A stretch of 64,000 nt of DNA from Octopus sinensis (Eukaryota), in assembly GCF_006345805.1 (NCBI RefSeq), contig NC_042997.1:206088001-206152000 (forward strand), in the 5' to 3' direction. Under the pieces are notes generated by a model. That model worked only from the letters and a program-made list of their open reading frames with translations. It was not told the origin of the DNA and did not search any database. A program made the position numbers and the translations under genes. Below, one piece after another: positions 1-12,985 of this stretch (within the stretch, counting starts at the first letter, position 1; each line of letters starts with the position of its first letter).

Positions 1-40
1 GATGTCTTGTTGGTGAAGAATGTGTTGGTGAAGAATATGA

Positions 41-381
41 GACACTGCCTAGTGCTTTTTATATTTTGATAAGCCTGGTGCTTATTCTATCAGTTTCTTC
101 TTGTGAATCCAGTACGTTATGGGGATGTAAATAAACGAACACCAGTTATGAAGCAGTGATGAGGGAGAACACAAAGACACACACATAGACTTACATATAT
201 ACATACATATATATACATGCAATTGATTTCTTTCAGTTTCTGTCTACAAAATGCACTTACACGGCTTTGGTTGGTCTGAAGCTATAGCAGAAGACACATG
301 CCAAGTTACCACACAGTGGGTCTGAACTGAGGACTATGTGTTTTGGAACGAAGTTTGTTACCACACGGCCACACCTGCACC
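41..381 (-). mobile_element. tRNA-derived cephalopod-type SINE
   Basis: Minus-strand head GGTGCAGGTGTGGCCGTGTGGTAAC...TTCAGACCCACTG (A/B-box-like), internal microsatellite, and a tail shared with other copies in the window. Confidence 0.75.
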
Positions 382-620
382 TATGTATGTGTGTGTGTGG
401 GGGGGTATGTGTGTATGAGTGTATATATGTTTGCATGTATATATGTGTACATATTACATGTACATCTATATATATATATACATCTAGACATACATGTATA
501 CATATACATCTATATATATATACATTGTGTATATACCTGTATATATATATATATATAAGTAAATATATATATATAAGTAAATAAATGGAGTTGAATGCAG
601 ATGTTTTTCAAATTCTTTTA

Positions 621-702
621 CTTTCGACATATGTTTCAAAGACAACATTCGTTTATTCCAGAGGAATAAACGGTGTAAAATACAATATTCTCATCAGGAA
701 AG
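621..702 (-). ncRNA. Type I minimal hammerhead ribozyme motif (PLE-type), stem II base slightly imperfect
   Basis: 5'-CUUUC CUGAUGA GAAUAUU...CGUUUAUUCC UCU GGAAUAAACG...GUCUUU GAAA C AUAU G UC GAAAG-3'. Perfect 5-bp stem I, intact core, palindromic AUAU stem III loop, GUC cleavage triplet. Confidence 0.7.
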
Positions 703-1399
703 AAAGAACCTTTCTCAACAGCAAGACATTATAACAATTTTGATGACTGCATGAATGATAAACAGAACACTATTAAGTATTTAAAAAAACCATTAGTAGA
801 TTCAACTTTAAAGGCAAACACTAGGAAGAGAAGGGGTAAAGAAATAATAAGTAGAGAACAAATAAAGAGGGATATATTGGTTGAAAAAATGTTCAAAGGC
901 TTGGAAGTGGATTTCTCTATTGAAGTAAAGTGCAAGTTAAACTAACTGTTCAAACTATAAAGACATGTAAAATCGACTTATATGAGCTAAAGGTATGTTT
1001 CTGCCAGTGCTTACATTTGTAAGATCACTCTATAAGTGTGTTAAGAAGGTGATTCTTAGAGAAGAGAATATGGAAGAGTTCAGAGTTGCAAATGTTACAA
1101 TATCCTTTGCCTTTATCATAAGGAAAAGCTATGGACATGATGAACCAATCCAACTAAAAATCCTTATTGTTGTCTTTAATATATCAAACCAATTTACTTA
1201 GCCCTGTGCTATGACTTTTACTGCTATCTCTAAATGAAGAATAATGATTGGAAATTCTCTTAGATTACTGGGAAGAGTATGCGCTAATGTAGAAGTAGAC
1301 ATCGGTACCACAAGAAATTTTACATTGGTATATAGAATTCTTGATCTTAGAATTATTAGACAAATTCTGTTGGGGTTGTCCTCACAGACAAAAACCATG

Positions 1400-1409
1400 T
1401 TTTTATTGC

Positions 1410-1453
<44 letters not shown>

Positions 1454-1538
1454 ATTATTATTATTAATTATTATTATTATTATTAATTATTATTATTATT
1501 ATTATTATTGATTAATATTATTATTATTATTATTATTA
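1400..1538. repeat. (TTA)n microsatellite
   Basis: Direct reading. Confidence 0.95.
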
Positions 1539-2262
1539 CGTGAGGGCACTGGAATTAACAAAATTAATGTTGGAACTCCCAGAAAATGAACTTTTATTTA
1601 GCAGACTGGTTTTATGAAATGATATAATTTGTGAAAGATTCTTTGTGTTGGAGAAGGCAACTCTAACTATATGAGAATTGATAATTGAGTAATATCTAGA
1701 ATTTTTTGGAAAGTTCTTACCAACCACTTCATGGAACTGCAAAGGAAGATTAGATTTAATCTGTTTTCCATATGGAATAACATGCCAGACAGTTTTCCTG
1801 GTAACAGTCAAATTGTAAGTGGTACTATCTTTAAAGAACGGTGAAAAAAACGGGCTTAAATATCATATGTCGAAAGTAAAAGAATTTGAATAGCATCTGA
1901 GTTCAACTCCATTTATTTACTTATACTACACAAATTACTGCACATTAACCTGGAGTTTCTACCTTTGAATAGGTCGCAACATCCTTGTTACTTTCGTGAA
2001 TTTTGCTACCCAACATCGTCCGTTTTTCCGTCCTTGTTTTGTATACATTCGAGGATTTCTTCCAAGGAATCTAATGCGCTTGGCTTAGATTTTCCTTTGG
2101 GGCTGGCCAGATCGGAGCAATCTCAAGATTAATCGGCCGAAATTGCGAGGATGATCCAGTTCTTGACTGAAGATCGAAGGCTTCGAATGTCCCATCCGTG
2201 TTTTTTGTATCGTCTTCTAAATGTTTTGCGTTCTTGTCCCAGTTTGTATTTTTTACATATAC

Positions 2263-2308
<46 letters not shown>

Positions 2309-2409
2309 GTGAATTTAAATTTAAAATAATAAGGGTGAGAAATTGAATATTAATTTGATTAATATGAATTGAAAACCAGTGGTGTAGCATATAAGACCAT
2401 AGCAAGTCT

Positions 2410-2747
2410 TCTTCTAGCAAAATAGATGTCCACTGTTAATGGTTCATCCCTGTTATATAATAGTTTGACTTTAATAGGTTCAGTATTAAAGTGAAAGTAT
2501 CTGACATTACAATAGAGAGATGTTTTTGTTTCACTTTTAACACGTAATACTGAAATAGTGGAGAAGATATGATATTGCTGTGGGCTCGCCCTAGGCAAGA
2601 AGTTGAACATTTCTTTTGCCCATGACACTAAATGGACCCTAAGTAAGGCATGTGTAAAAATTGATTGAAATTGGTTGTGTTGTTCTCAAGTTTTAGGGAT
2701 TCACACAGACAGACAGACACACATTCTCAATTTTATATATATAGATA
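2410..2747 (-). mobile_element. Non-autonomous Helitron-like element (5' part)
   Basis: Minus strand starts A|TCTATATATATAAAATTGAGAATGTGTGTCTGTCTGTCTG (TC start with (GTCT)n). Body matches 40100-40347 and about 33465-33560. Confidence 0.6.
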
Positions 2748-2759
2748 TAAATTAGAGAA

Positions 2760-3314
2760 GAACCACCATGTAGCAATTCAGGAATGATATACTTAAATCA
2801 TACCATATAGAAAGAATTAAAGATACGATAAAACATTTACCTAGAACTAAATAAAGTGCAAAATAATAAATAGTATATAATTAATAAATTGACTACAAGT
2901 GTTTCGTGGTTATATTTTCAAATTGATAACAATAAAATAAATTCAATTTAAATATAGGTTCAAGATAAAAACAATAAAATAATCAAATATATGTACATGT
3001 TTTATCTTATAAGAAAATATGAATATAAATAAAAATACGTAATTTTACGATAATAAATCGAACAAAATTCAACAATATATCTTAAAACAAAATCATGGAA
3101 TATCGAACATATTCTGTTAACTAAATCTTTAAACTTAATACGTAGGTCTTAGTGTTTATAATAAATTTATCTCTTTAAAAACGTGGTATAAATAAAGCTA
3201 GAATAAATAGGTAGAAATATTTATTTTATTTATGAAAATATATTCTAGCTTATGGAAGAAAAAATATCAAACTATAGTATATCATTACTGGAAAATTAAA
3301 ATACAAGTAATTAA

Positions 3315-3382
<68 letters not shown>

Positions 3383-5200
3383 AAAATACATAATATACAT
3401 TAAGTGAAGCTGAAATGCTACAATTTAATCTATATACATTAAATTATTTATTCATTTATTTAATAAACATCTAACTTCAATCTTATTATAATTATGTAAT
3501 ATATACTAAAAAAACTTCATGCTAACTTATTTACATAATACTACTAAAAGTTATAACTACAAGAATTAAAAATAGAAAAATGGTTCAAATATATACACAC
3601 AAATTAGTTAAACTTATTATATAATTAATTCAATTTATGTATAGATTTAATATTTCACTCATTTATAGAATTAACCAAAGTTTCTATCATTATTAAAATA
3701 TTTACTTAAATGCAATATAACATAACAAATAAAAAAATTCCTACCTTTTCGATAAAATTTTGTCTTACAAAACTATTTCAGAATGTAAATTATATGTAAT
3801 ATGTTAAGATTATAGTTCACAAGATAACAATAACAACAACAACAACAATAATAATAATAATAATAATAATAATAAGTAAATAAATATACATATCGTAACT
3901 TATAATTATCAAATAAAAATATAGAAATCAATATTTTTACAATAAAATCAATCAAAATTCAATTCAAAATTCAACAATATTGTTTTCAAAAGAAATCCAT
4001 TACTTATCTTATCTCAGAATATCTGTTAACTGAATTTTAAACATAAAAACGTTTATAAGAAATTTAACTTGTGAAGACGTTGCATAAATAAATAAAAATA
4101 GAATAAATACATAGAAGTATGTATTATATTAATGAAAATGACGAAAGATATTTAAGCTTCTCGAATCAAAGAATAAGAGAACAAAAAAACAAAACTATAA
4201 ATTACTACTATAAATTTAAAGTCCAAATAATTAATACTAAAATGCATAAAATATATATAATTTAGTTAAATTAATTTATATTACTATAATTAATAGATAT
4301 TCATTAATTTATATATTCATTTATTTATTTAAGGAACATCCAAGTTGAAACGTGTTCAAATAATGTAATATACAACATATAATATCATGTTAATTTATAC
4401 ACTAATACTACAATAGAATATATCTAAAACAAATTAGTAACATAAAATAGGGTTTTATACATATGAAAAAATTAGCTAAACTTATATAAGTAAATGTACT
4501 TTATGTTTGCATTTAATTTTTCACTCATCTATGGAATTAATCAATATTTCATTATTGTTATTAAATAATATTTCCATAAATTCATTAGTACACAACAAAC
4601 AAGAATTACTACCTATACGATAAGATTTTGCCTTACAAATTATCTTCCAAATTAATTCATATTTAATACATTTAGATTTAAATTCCCGCATATATTTACT
4701 AGGGCCTGTAGAATTAATTAGATTTCTATCTTTAAAAGAATAAATGTGTTGAGCCACACTTAATTTAATTTTATTAGAAGGTGACCCTATGTAGATCGCG
4801 TTTAAATTATAATCATTGATATTATTATCATCAATTAAAGTTACTATACATTTATAAACTACATAATCCAAATTACATTTATTAATAAATTTACATGTAG
4901 TCTTATCTCTACATGTATAATAAATTATATCATGGTCTTTATTATTATTATTGAAATCATTATTTAATTTATTTTTTCAAAACTTATTCAATTTAAATTT
5001 ATTAATTAAATGAAGAAATAATATTACCAACAATATTAGTAATAGAATAACCAACTCCAAAATTACTACTAGAGAAAATGTTATAATATTTGTTATTATC
5101 CCTACTGAACATTTCAATTATATTTAAAATCTCTTTAATAATATTTATTTTTACTGTGGCCCAAAAGGAACAATTAACCATATTTTATTCTTATTTTTTA
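2760..5200 (-). mobile_element. Penelope-like element, 3' part: GIY-YIG endonuclease remnant plus tandem pseudo-LTR copy
   Basis: ORF 4521-4871(-) VVYKCIV...IYIG...HIYSF...NSTGPSKY...WKIICKAKSY..G...CLLC.NE (GIY-YIG). About 3060-3830 is a decayed direct repeat of about 3965-4680. Confidence 0.75.
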
Positions 5201-5211
5201 TATTATTATTA

Positions 5212-8200
5212 TTCAGTAGTTTTATTTTTATAGTGTGCTTTCACTTCACTACCAAGCGCAGCTCTGTGTGCCTTGGGTATGTGCTGTGATTTGTTGTGAT
5301 GCTCTGATTGTTATTGTATGGAAAGTGTTCTGCGTAGGATGTGTGCAGTGCCTAGTAGTGCAATTTTCTGTATGTTATATGTGTTTGTAAGTCCTGGTGT
5401 TTTTGTTATGTATTTGTCTGAATATTTTTTTATCATGCCTAATGCACCTACTATGATAGGAATTGTTTGTTTTTAGATTCCACATTCTGGTTACCTCTAT
5501 TTCCAGGTCTTTGTATTTTGAAAGTTTCTCCATTTCTTTTAGAGACACATTGTTATCTGCCGGTATTGATACGTCAATTAGAAAGCATTTCTTTTCTTCA
5601 TGATCTCTGACAACTATATCTGGTCTGTTGGCCTTAATTTCTCTATCTGTGTGTATCGGCATATCCCAGAGTATGGTTGCTTTCTCGTTTTCTGTGACCT
5701 TTTCTGGTGTGTGCCTATACCATCTTTTTTCTGTTGTTATTCCATAATGTTGGCATAGTTTCCAATGTATGTAGGTTCCAACTCTGTCATGTCTGTGAAT
5801 ATATTCCTTCTTAACCAGGACTGGGCAGCCAGAGATAATATGATTTATTGTTTCTTGTCCATCTCCACATATTCTGCAGTTACTTGTAATATTTCTTTTC
5901 ATTACATGTTTTTGGTAATTTTTGGTGGGGAGGCTTTGGTCTTGTGCTGCAATTAAAAATCCCTCTGTCTCTGCTTTGAGTCCTGAGCTTCTCAACCATT
6001 GCTAGAATTTTTCTTTGTCTATTTCTTTTGCATTTAGTTTAGTCCAGTATTTACCATGAAGGGGCTTTTCTTGCCATCGTTTTATCATGGTTCTTTGCTG
6101 TTCTAGTTTTAGTTTGGATTTCATTTGTTTTATAGCTTTTGTTGTTTCTTCACCTTCTTCTTCTTCATGTTTGTATTTGTCAGCTTCCGTAAATACTGAG
6201 AACAGTTTTTTGTTTTGCTTGTGTTTTGCTGCTATCTGTATCAGTTTTCCTTCCTTCTGATGTAGATATTTTTACAGTTCTATGGTGGTTATTTTATAGT
6301 AGTTTTCCAGCTGTATAAGGCCTCTACCACCTTCTATACGTTGTATATATATACTCTTTCTATGTCAGATTTTGGGTGATGCATCCTAGATCCTGTCATT
6401 ATTTTTCTTGTTTTCCTATCTATTTTGGAAGTTCATTTAGTGTCCAGTTAAGGATATTGTAGCTGTAACTTTTAACTCGGACAGCTAAAGTGTTAATACC
6501 TATTATCTTGTTTTTAGCATTGAGCTCTGTTTTTAGTATTGATCTAACTCGTCTATAATATTCTTTTTTCATTTTCTCTTTCATTTGTGTGTGTTGTGTC
6601 TTATCTAGTTCATGGATTCCTAAGTATTTGTAAGTTTGGCTGTGGTCTAATTCTTTTATTTCATTGGTTTTATCTAGTGTGATGTTGCTACTCTTAACTA
6701 GTTTTCCTCTTTTCAGGGTTACTTTGGCGCATTTTTCTAATCCAAATTTCATATCTATTTCTTTGGTAAATCCATGAACTGTCTTTAATAGTGTTTCCAG
6801 CTGTTTGTCATTTGCAGCGTATAGTTTTAGGTCATCCATATATAAAAGGTGGCTGATCGTTTTGCCGTAACATTTATATCCGCATCCAGTACTATTTAGC
6901 ATATCAGATAGAGGTGACAGTGCCAAGCAGAAAAGGAGTGGAGAGAGCGTGTCTCCCTGGAATATTCCTCTTCTAATGGGGATGGCTTTGGTTTTTATGA
7001 GTCCCTCTTTTGTTTGGAGCTGTAGCACTGTTTGCCATTTATTCATAGAGTTTCCTATGAATTTTATAATTGTTGGTGCTACTTTGTTAATGGCTAGTGT
7101 TTCGAGGATCCATGCATGGGGGATGCTATCAAACGCCTTTTTGTAGTCGATCCAGGCCATACTGAGGCCTTTCTTCTTTCTGTGGATGTCTTCAGTTATG
7201 GCTTTATTAATCATTAGTTGATCTTTACAGCCATATGAGCCTTTGCGGCATCATTTCTGCTCTTCTGGAAACAGGTTGTTTTCGTCCAAGTGCTTGTTCA
7301 ACCTTTGCGATATCACTGCAGTAAATGCCTTGTACATTGTAGAGAGACAGGTTATTGGTCTGCAGTTTTCTGGTTTTGCTGACTCATTTGATTTGGGAAT
7401 TAAGATGGTTTTCCCCTTTGTGAGCCATTTAGTCATTGTCTCTGGCTCTGCCAGTATGTTGTTAAATTTTTCAGCCAGCTTTTTGTGCATTCCTGTTAGA
7501 TATTTCAACCAGAAGTTGGGGATCTTGTCATGCCCAGGTGCCTTCCAGTTGCTTAGTCTTTGCAGTGCCTGGGTGACCTCTTCAGTTGTTATGGCGGTCC
7601 AAAGTTGCTCAGATGCTGAGTTTGTTGTTTTAATACTCCCTTTTTTGGGTTGTTCGTTCGCTGACCATATTTCTCTCCAGAATTCTTCCACTTCTTCTGC
7701 TGTTGGTGCTGCAGTGATTTCTATTTCATTTTTGCCAAGTTCTTGGTAGAACTTTTTGGGGTTGGAGTTGAACTTTTTGTTTTGTTCAAAGAAGTGCTAG
7801 CGTTTCTCGTACCGGCTGATCCTTTGTGCTTTGGCAAGGATATCTTGCTTTAGCTTTTCTTTTATCTCAGGTAAATCTTTTTCTGTGATGTTGTATTTGC
7901 GGAGTATTTTTGTTTTCTTTTTGTTGCTCAGTAGCGTTGATTGTCTACCGATTTCATTAAAAATCGACACATCTTTTCTCTTTTGTTTTGGATGTTATTT
8001 ATCCACAGGGTTTGTTTGGGTGGTGGTACTCCTGTTTGGACGGTTTTGAGTGAGTATCCAGCTTCTTTTGTGGCTACAATGGCTGCTGCGTATACTAAGT
8101 CATTTAGCTCAGTGATATCGCTTTTTGTTTCAGTGGCTATTAGTTCCGTGACGGCTAGGTTTATGCTGTTTATAATTGGTGTTGTTGTTTCGTCTATTTT

Positions 8201-9271
8201 GATTTTTGGGAGGTATGGTCGGTGGTCCATTTTGAGCTCTGTGGTTTTCAGTTCTTTGATTATTCTACTTTTTATATTATCATAATCATTAGGCTCCCCT
8301 TCGTTGTTTCCAGGTTTTAGATTTGTGTCACTTTCTTTCTTATTTGTATGTTTGTTTGTCGTGTTTTGGCTTGCTGTTTGTCGTGTATTATTATGCATCC
8401 TTACGGTCTGGGTTTGTTGTTTTTTGTTTACATCGTGTTTGTTGGGAATGTTACGTTTGTCTTCGTGTTTTACTGTTTCAGTGTTTATATTATTGGGCAT
8501 TGTTGTGTGGCTTCTATCTACATTTTCCTGGTGTATTTTTTCTTTTAGATCTTCTATTTCTATTTCTGATATTTTTTGCGTTGAGAATGTATCTTCGTAC
8601 GTTAGCTAATTTATTAGGGTTCATTGCTATATCCAAGTCTATATTTATGTTATTTTCCTTCCATATTTTATATGTATGTGTTGTTGTGTTTTCATTCTTT
8701 GGGTAGAGCACTGCTGTAAAGTGAGCGTGTAGGATAGAAATGTATTCCTCACGTGTCCATTTATGTCCTTTGGGTTTTATTTGCGGGACATGAGGAACAA
8801 CGTCCGGCCCATTATTTTGACAGTCGTCATTTTCGGAGGGTACCGGTCCGTTCATTTCTGTTGTCACATTGTTTTGCACGTGTTGTTTTTCGTACATTTT
8901 ATGTTGTAAGTTTACAGTATGTACTTCCCGATTGTTATTCTTGGGTTGAATAATATCGGTGTAATTTAATTTCTTCGTAGTTTTTTTGTACATGGTGTTT
9001 GGGGCCTGAGATGATCTGGTGTTGATGGATCGTAATGTATCACGCATGTTTACATGTGTTGTGTTAGAGGTGGAGATATATTGAGTTAAAATACATCATT
9101 TCGTTTCGAAAATAGTAATAAATGTCAATGAGTATTACTTACTCGGATATAGTCCAATCCTTTGTCAGTTAATTTTTAGCTCCATGCGATGTCTTTGTTT
9201 CCGATGTTTGTGGATAGATTTCTGAGTGCTGTTTTATCGTTCTCACAAGTTAAACGTCCCTGGTGTAATCC
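5212..9271 (-). mobile_element. Near full-length R4/Dong-clade non-LTR retrotransposon (RT + restriction-like endonuclease), frameshifted
   Basis: RT motifs WIDYKKAFDSIPH, GIFQGDTLSP, LLYMDDLKL (6420-7214). CCHC knuckle CRICGDGQETINHIISGC and RLE motif RPDIVV...LIDVSIP...EKLSKY (5375-5995). TAA tracts on both flanks. Confidence 0.9.
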
Positions 9272-9295
9272 TTCTTCTTCTTCTTCTTCTTCTTC

Positions 9296-9338
<43 letters not shown>

Positions 9339-9359
9339 CATTATTATTATTATATTTCT

Positions 9360-10300
9360 TTGTAATATTATTAAATTTATTATCATCATTAATTGAATTA
9401 AATTAATCTTATTTTTATTTTCTATTCCATTATTAAATGTATTATTTACATCATCAAAATACCTATTATTATTATTAAGATCATAGTTACCTAAATAAAA
9501 CTTATCATAATTCAGATAATTAGGTTTATCATTATAAAAATCATTTATATTAGACTCCTTCAAATTATAATCATGTTTACAAATATTAAAGAATTTAATA
9601 TTATTATTATTATATACTGCTTCATGCAGGGCTTTATTATAATAAGGTGCATTTTTATTTAAAATCTCTATATCATAAGAAGGTAATGATATTCTTTTAC
9701 CTACATTATTTATCAACGATTTTTTAACAGAAGGTGGATGGTTAGTATTAGCATTAATATATCTAAGGTTTTCATAAATTTTATAGAATGGTTGGGTTTT
9801 ACCCATTATCAAATTATAATTAACATATAAATAATTAACATTATAGTTCTCATTATAAAGTGTAATACTTAAACCATATCTTTTAAAGCAACTATATAGT
9901 TTCTTATATAATTCTAATGTTCTATTGGTGCAATTCTTAGTTGATAATAAAAGGTCATCCCTATATAAGTCACCCTCCAACTTCAAATTACTAATTGAAG
10001 TTCGGATAATAAATACCTACTAAATCAGTATCCTGTTCAGAATCGGGTGCCCCCATAGGTATATCAAAATAGGTTCATCTAATTTCCTAGCCATTATAAT
10101 TACATTAACTTCATCAGAAGTCATTCCTACCTTATTCATTGCATAAATTAGGGCCATATTGTGTACAATCTCATTAATGGAAGAATAATAATTATCTATA
10201 TCCATTTGAATGAACTTATATCATTTTTATCTTTAGTATTATGAAACCATTTTAAAGTATCATTTGTACTATTCCAAAGTTTTAGGTAATTAATTTCATT
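9360..10300 (-). mobile_element. Penelope-like element, RT part (same element as 2760-5200)
   Basis: MDIDNYYSSI (10020-10205), LYRDDLL and YINANTNHPPSVKK (9243-9986) are PLE RT motifs, collinear with the GIY-YIG remnant beyond the R4 insertion. Confidence 0.8.
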
Positions 10301-10311
10301 TAATCTATTAA

Positions 10312-11490
10312 TTATCATCATTGTTTAACGTCCGCTTTCCATGCTAGCATGGGTTGGACGGTTTGACTGAGGGCTGGCGAACCAGATGGCTGCACCAGGC
10401 TCCAGTTTGGGTAGTGGGTGCTTTTACATGCCAACAGCACGGGGGCTAGTCAGGCAGTGCTAGCAACGATATAGCTTGAATCTTTTTACAAATGCCATGA
10501 ATGCCACTGCCAGTGGCAGTAAGACGATGCTGGTAACGATCATGCTCAAATGGTGCCTTTTACATGCCACCGACACAGAAGCGAGTTAGCTGCTCTGGCA
10601 ATGATCACGCTTGGATGGTGCTCTTAGCACCCTACTAGCACGGGGTACAAGTGCCAGTAAGGTGACGCTGGTAATGATCACACTCAAATGGGGCCTTTTA
10701 TGTACCACTGGCATGGTAGCTGGTTAGTTACTCTGTCAACGATCACACTCGTATGGTGGTCTTTGCACCTCGCTAGCACGGGTGTCAGTCATCGAATTTC
10801 ACTTTGATTTTGATTTCACTTACCTCAATAGGTCTTTGCAAGCAGAGTTTAGTGTCCAAAGAAGGAAAAGGTACGCATTAGTGGGCTGGTTACGCTCCTG
10901 GCATAGGCCACGAGGTTATGGTCTCATTTGGCTTGCCGGGTCTTCTCAAGCACAGCAGTTCCCTCAACCCCTAGGGTGTGGCACTTTTTTACACAGCTAT
11001 CCTCATCCATTCTCACCACATGACCATACCAGCACAGCCATTTCTCTTGCATACCACATCTGATGCTTCTTAGGTCCAACTTTTCTCTCAAGGTACTTAT
11101 ACTCTGTCGAGTATGCACACTAACATTACACATCCATCGGATCGTACTGGTTTCATTCCTTGCAAGCTTACACATGTCCTCAGCAGTCACAGCCCATGTT
11201 TCACTGCCATGTAGCATGGCTGTTCGTACACATGCATCATACAGTCTACCTTTTCCTCTGAGCGAGAGGCCCTTTGTCACCAGCAAAGGTAAGAGCTCTC
11301 TGAACTTTGCCCAGGCTATTCTTATTCTAACACCTACACTTTCAGTGCACCCTCTCCCGCTACTGACTTGGTCACCTAGGTAATGGAAGCTATCAACTAC
11401 TTCTAGTTTTTTTCCCTGGAATGTGGCAGAAGTTGTTCTTTGCACATTTTCTGTGTTTATTGCCCCTGAGCATTTGCCAAACACAAATAC
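10312..11490 (-). mobile_element. RTE-clade LINE, 5'-truncated (RT C-terminus and 3' UTR)
   Basis: ORF 10924-11484 FHYLGD...RIRIAWAKFRELLP...MLHGSETW...WYGHVVRM; ends GCGGACGTTAAAC(GAT)n. Confidence 0.9.
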
Positions 11491-12274
11491 TATCTTCCCA
11501 CTTAGCCTCTTGGTTCAAATGCTTCTACCTCCAAACAGCTGATTGGCTCTGGCTGCTCGAACTGAAGCTAACATGACACTATTGGAAGGTAGGTTTAGAG
11601 AGGGCACGGGCCAAAACTATGTGCTTTTCCTCTCCATTGGTCAGTTGAAGTTTAGACAGTGTCACATGACAGTTAGCTGGTGCTAGTTGCTGGAGCCTAC
11701 CAGTGAGTATTTAAAGGGAAATTTGGCAGGATGGTCAGTCGCCTACTGATGTTCATTGATTCTTCACCGAAGAAACCAAGGGACAAAAGAAAAAGGAGAG
11801 AGAAGAAATGCACTCAACACTAGAACTGAAGATACTCCAAAGTATGGGGCCCCACCAGTCGAAAACAGTGGAGGAATAAGGGCCAAAACCAGATGTGGTT
11901 CCTCCTGATGATGTCTTTAGCCATTGGATCTTATAAAGGAGCTGTTGATGTTGCAAACCACGAAACATGGTTGGAATTCCTCTCAAAACCAATTTCAATT
12001 CCATGAATAATATTTTCCCTAAACTTAAACAAGCAGATTTCATTTCCTCTTATTCTTTAAGTAAAAATCCCCCCCCCCCAAAACTACAGAATATTCAAAA
12101 GCCTGTTCCTCATAGGAAGTCATTCTATGATACAATAAATGGAAATGTAAATTTAAAACAATAGTCATGATAGAAGCAATGAATAAAAGCATTGCATTGA
12201 AATTAACAGAAGTTAATTATGAAATTAATTGTTTTTGATTGAGTGATGATAAATTATTTGTTTACTTCTAACAG

Positions 12275-12329
12275 AAACTTAAAGAATATTTCCAAGAAAA
12301 CACAACAGGTAGTTCAGCTGCATCATCAG
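12275..12329 (+). CDS. Short exon, paralog of exon 48484-48574 of the macrodomain (PARP14-like) gene; functional or orphan
   Basis: ttctaacAG|AAA CTT AAA GAA TAT TTC CAA GAA...TCA TCA G|GTaaat; KLKEYFQENTTGSSAASS, phase 0 to 1. About 300 bp of upstream intron also matches 48170-48483. Phase fits splicing to exon 42645. Confidence 0.65.
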
Positions 12330-12624
12330 GTAAATACTTTCTCTTTATTTATCATAAATGTCAGGTCACTCTTGATTGCTACTGTTAACATGCAATGCTA
12401 TACAACCTATAGCATGGTCAGGTGGTCAGTGACTAAACTGGCCACTACACTGAGCTTGCTTGGGCGAGGTGGACATTTGTTGGATACCCTACGGGATGGA
12501 AAATTCAACCTGCCAAAAGGCAAAGGAACTCATGAGTAGACAATGGCCATTCAGCAATGTGTACATATATGTATGTCTGGTTTGTGTCTGTGTGTGTGTG
12601 CACGTGCATGCATCAAAGTATATA

Positions 12625-12852
12625 CTCTTTACTCTCTTTTACTTGTTTCAGTCATTTGACTGTGGCCATGCTGGAGCACCGCCTTTAGTCGAGCAAATCA
12701 ACCCCAGGACTTATTCTTTGTAAGCCCAGTACTTATTCTATCAGTCTCTTTTGCCGAACCGCTAAGTGACAGGGACGTAAACACACCAGCATTGGTTGTC
12801 AAGCAATGCTAGGGAAACAAACACAGACACACAAATACACACACACACACAT

Positions 12853-12893
<41 letters not shown>

Positions 12894-12985
12894 TACGACA
12901 GGCTTCTTTCATTTCCTGTCTACCAAATCCACTCACAAGGCATTGGTCGGCCCGAGGCTATAGTAGAAGACACTTGCCCAAGGTT
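12625..12985 (-). mobile_element. tRNA-derived SINE (head truncated)
   Basis: Body CTTGGGCAAGTGTCTTCTACTATAGCC; tail GGCGGTGCTCCAGCATGGCCACAGTCAAATGACTGAAAC. Confidence 0.8.

Larger units (their letters stand above)
575..1925 (-). mobile_element. Degenerate Penelope-like element fragment with inverted terminal pseudo-LTR segments
   Basis: ORF 1536-1811(-) RKTVWHVIPYGKQIKSNL...KNFPKNSRYYSIINSHIVRVAFS resembles the PLE RT-to-EN linker. 580-633 is the reverse complement of about 1864-1918. Confidence 0.65.

Noticed and set aside
2160-2200. CTGAAGA followed by a hairpin as a hammerhead
   Set aside because: No GAAA in the correct position after stem II.
7243-7749. Antisense ORFs over LINE coding regions (also 53105-53434, 54387-54779, 62713-63150)
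   Set aside because: Shadows of RT/EN coding sequence with no recognisable domains.
9170-9271. HDV-like ribozyme at the R4 element 5' end
   Set aside because: Could not build the nested double pseudoknot by eye; would need an RNAMotif search.
11900-11975. CTGATGA...GAAAC as a hammerhead; 11500-11970 as an LTR
   Set aside because: Stems I and II do not pair at the core; no partner LTR or clear TG..CA boundaries. The segment remains unclassified.
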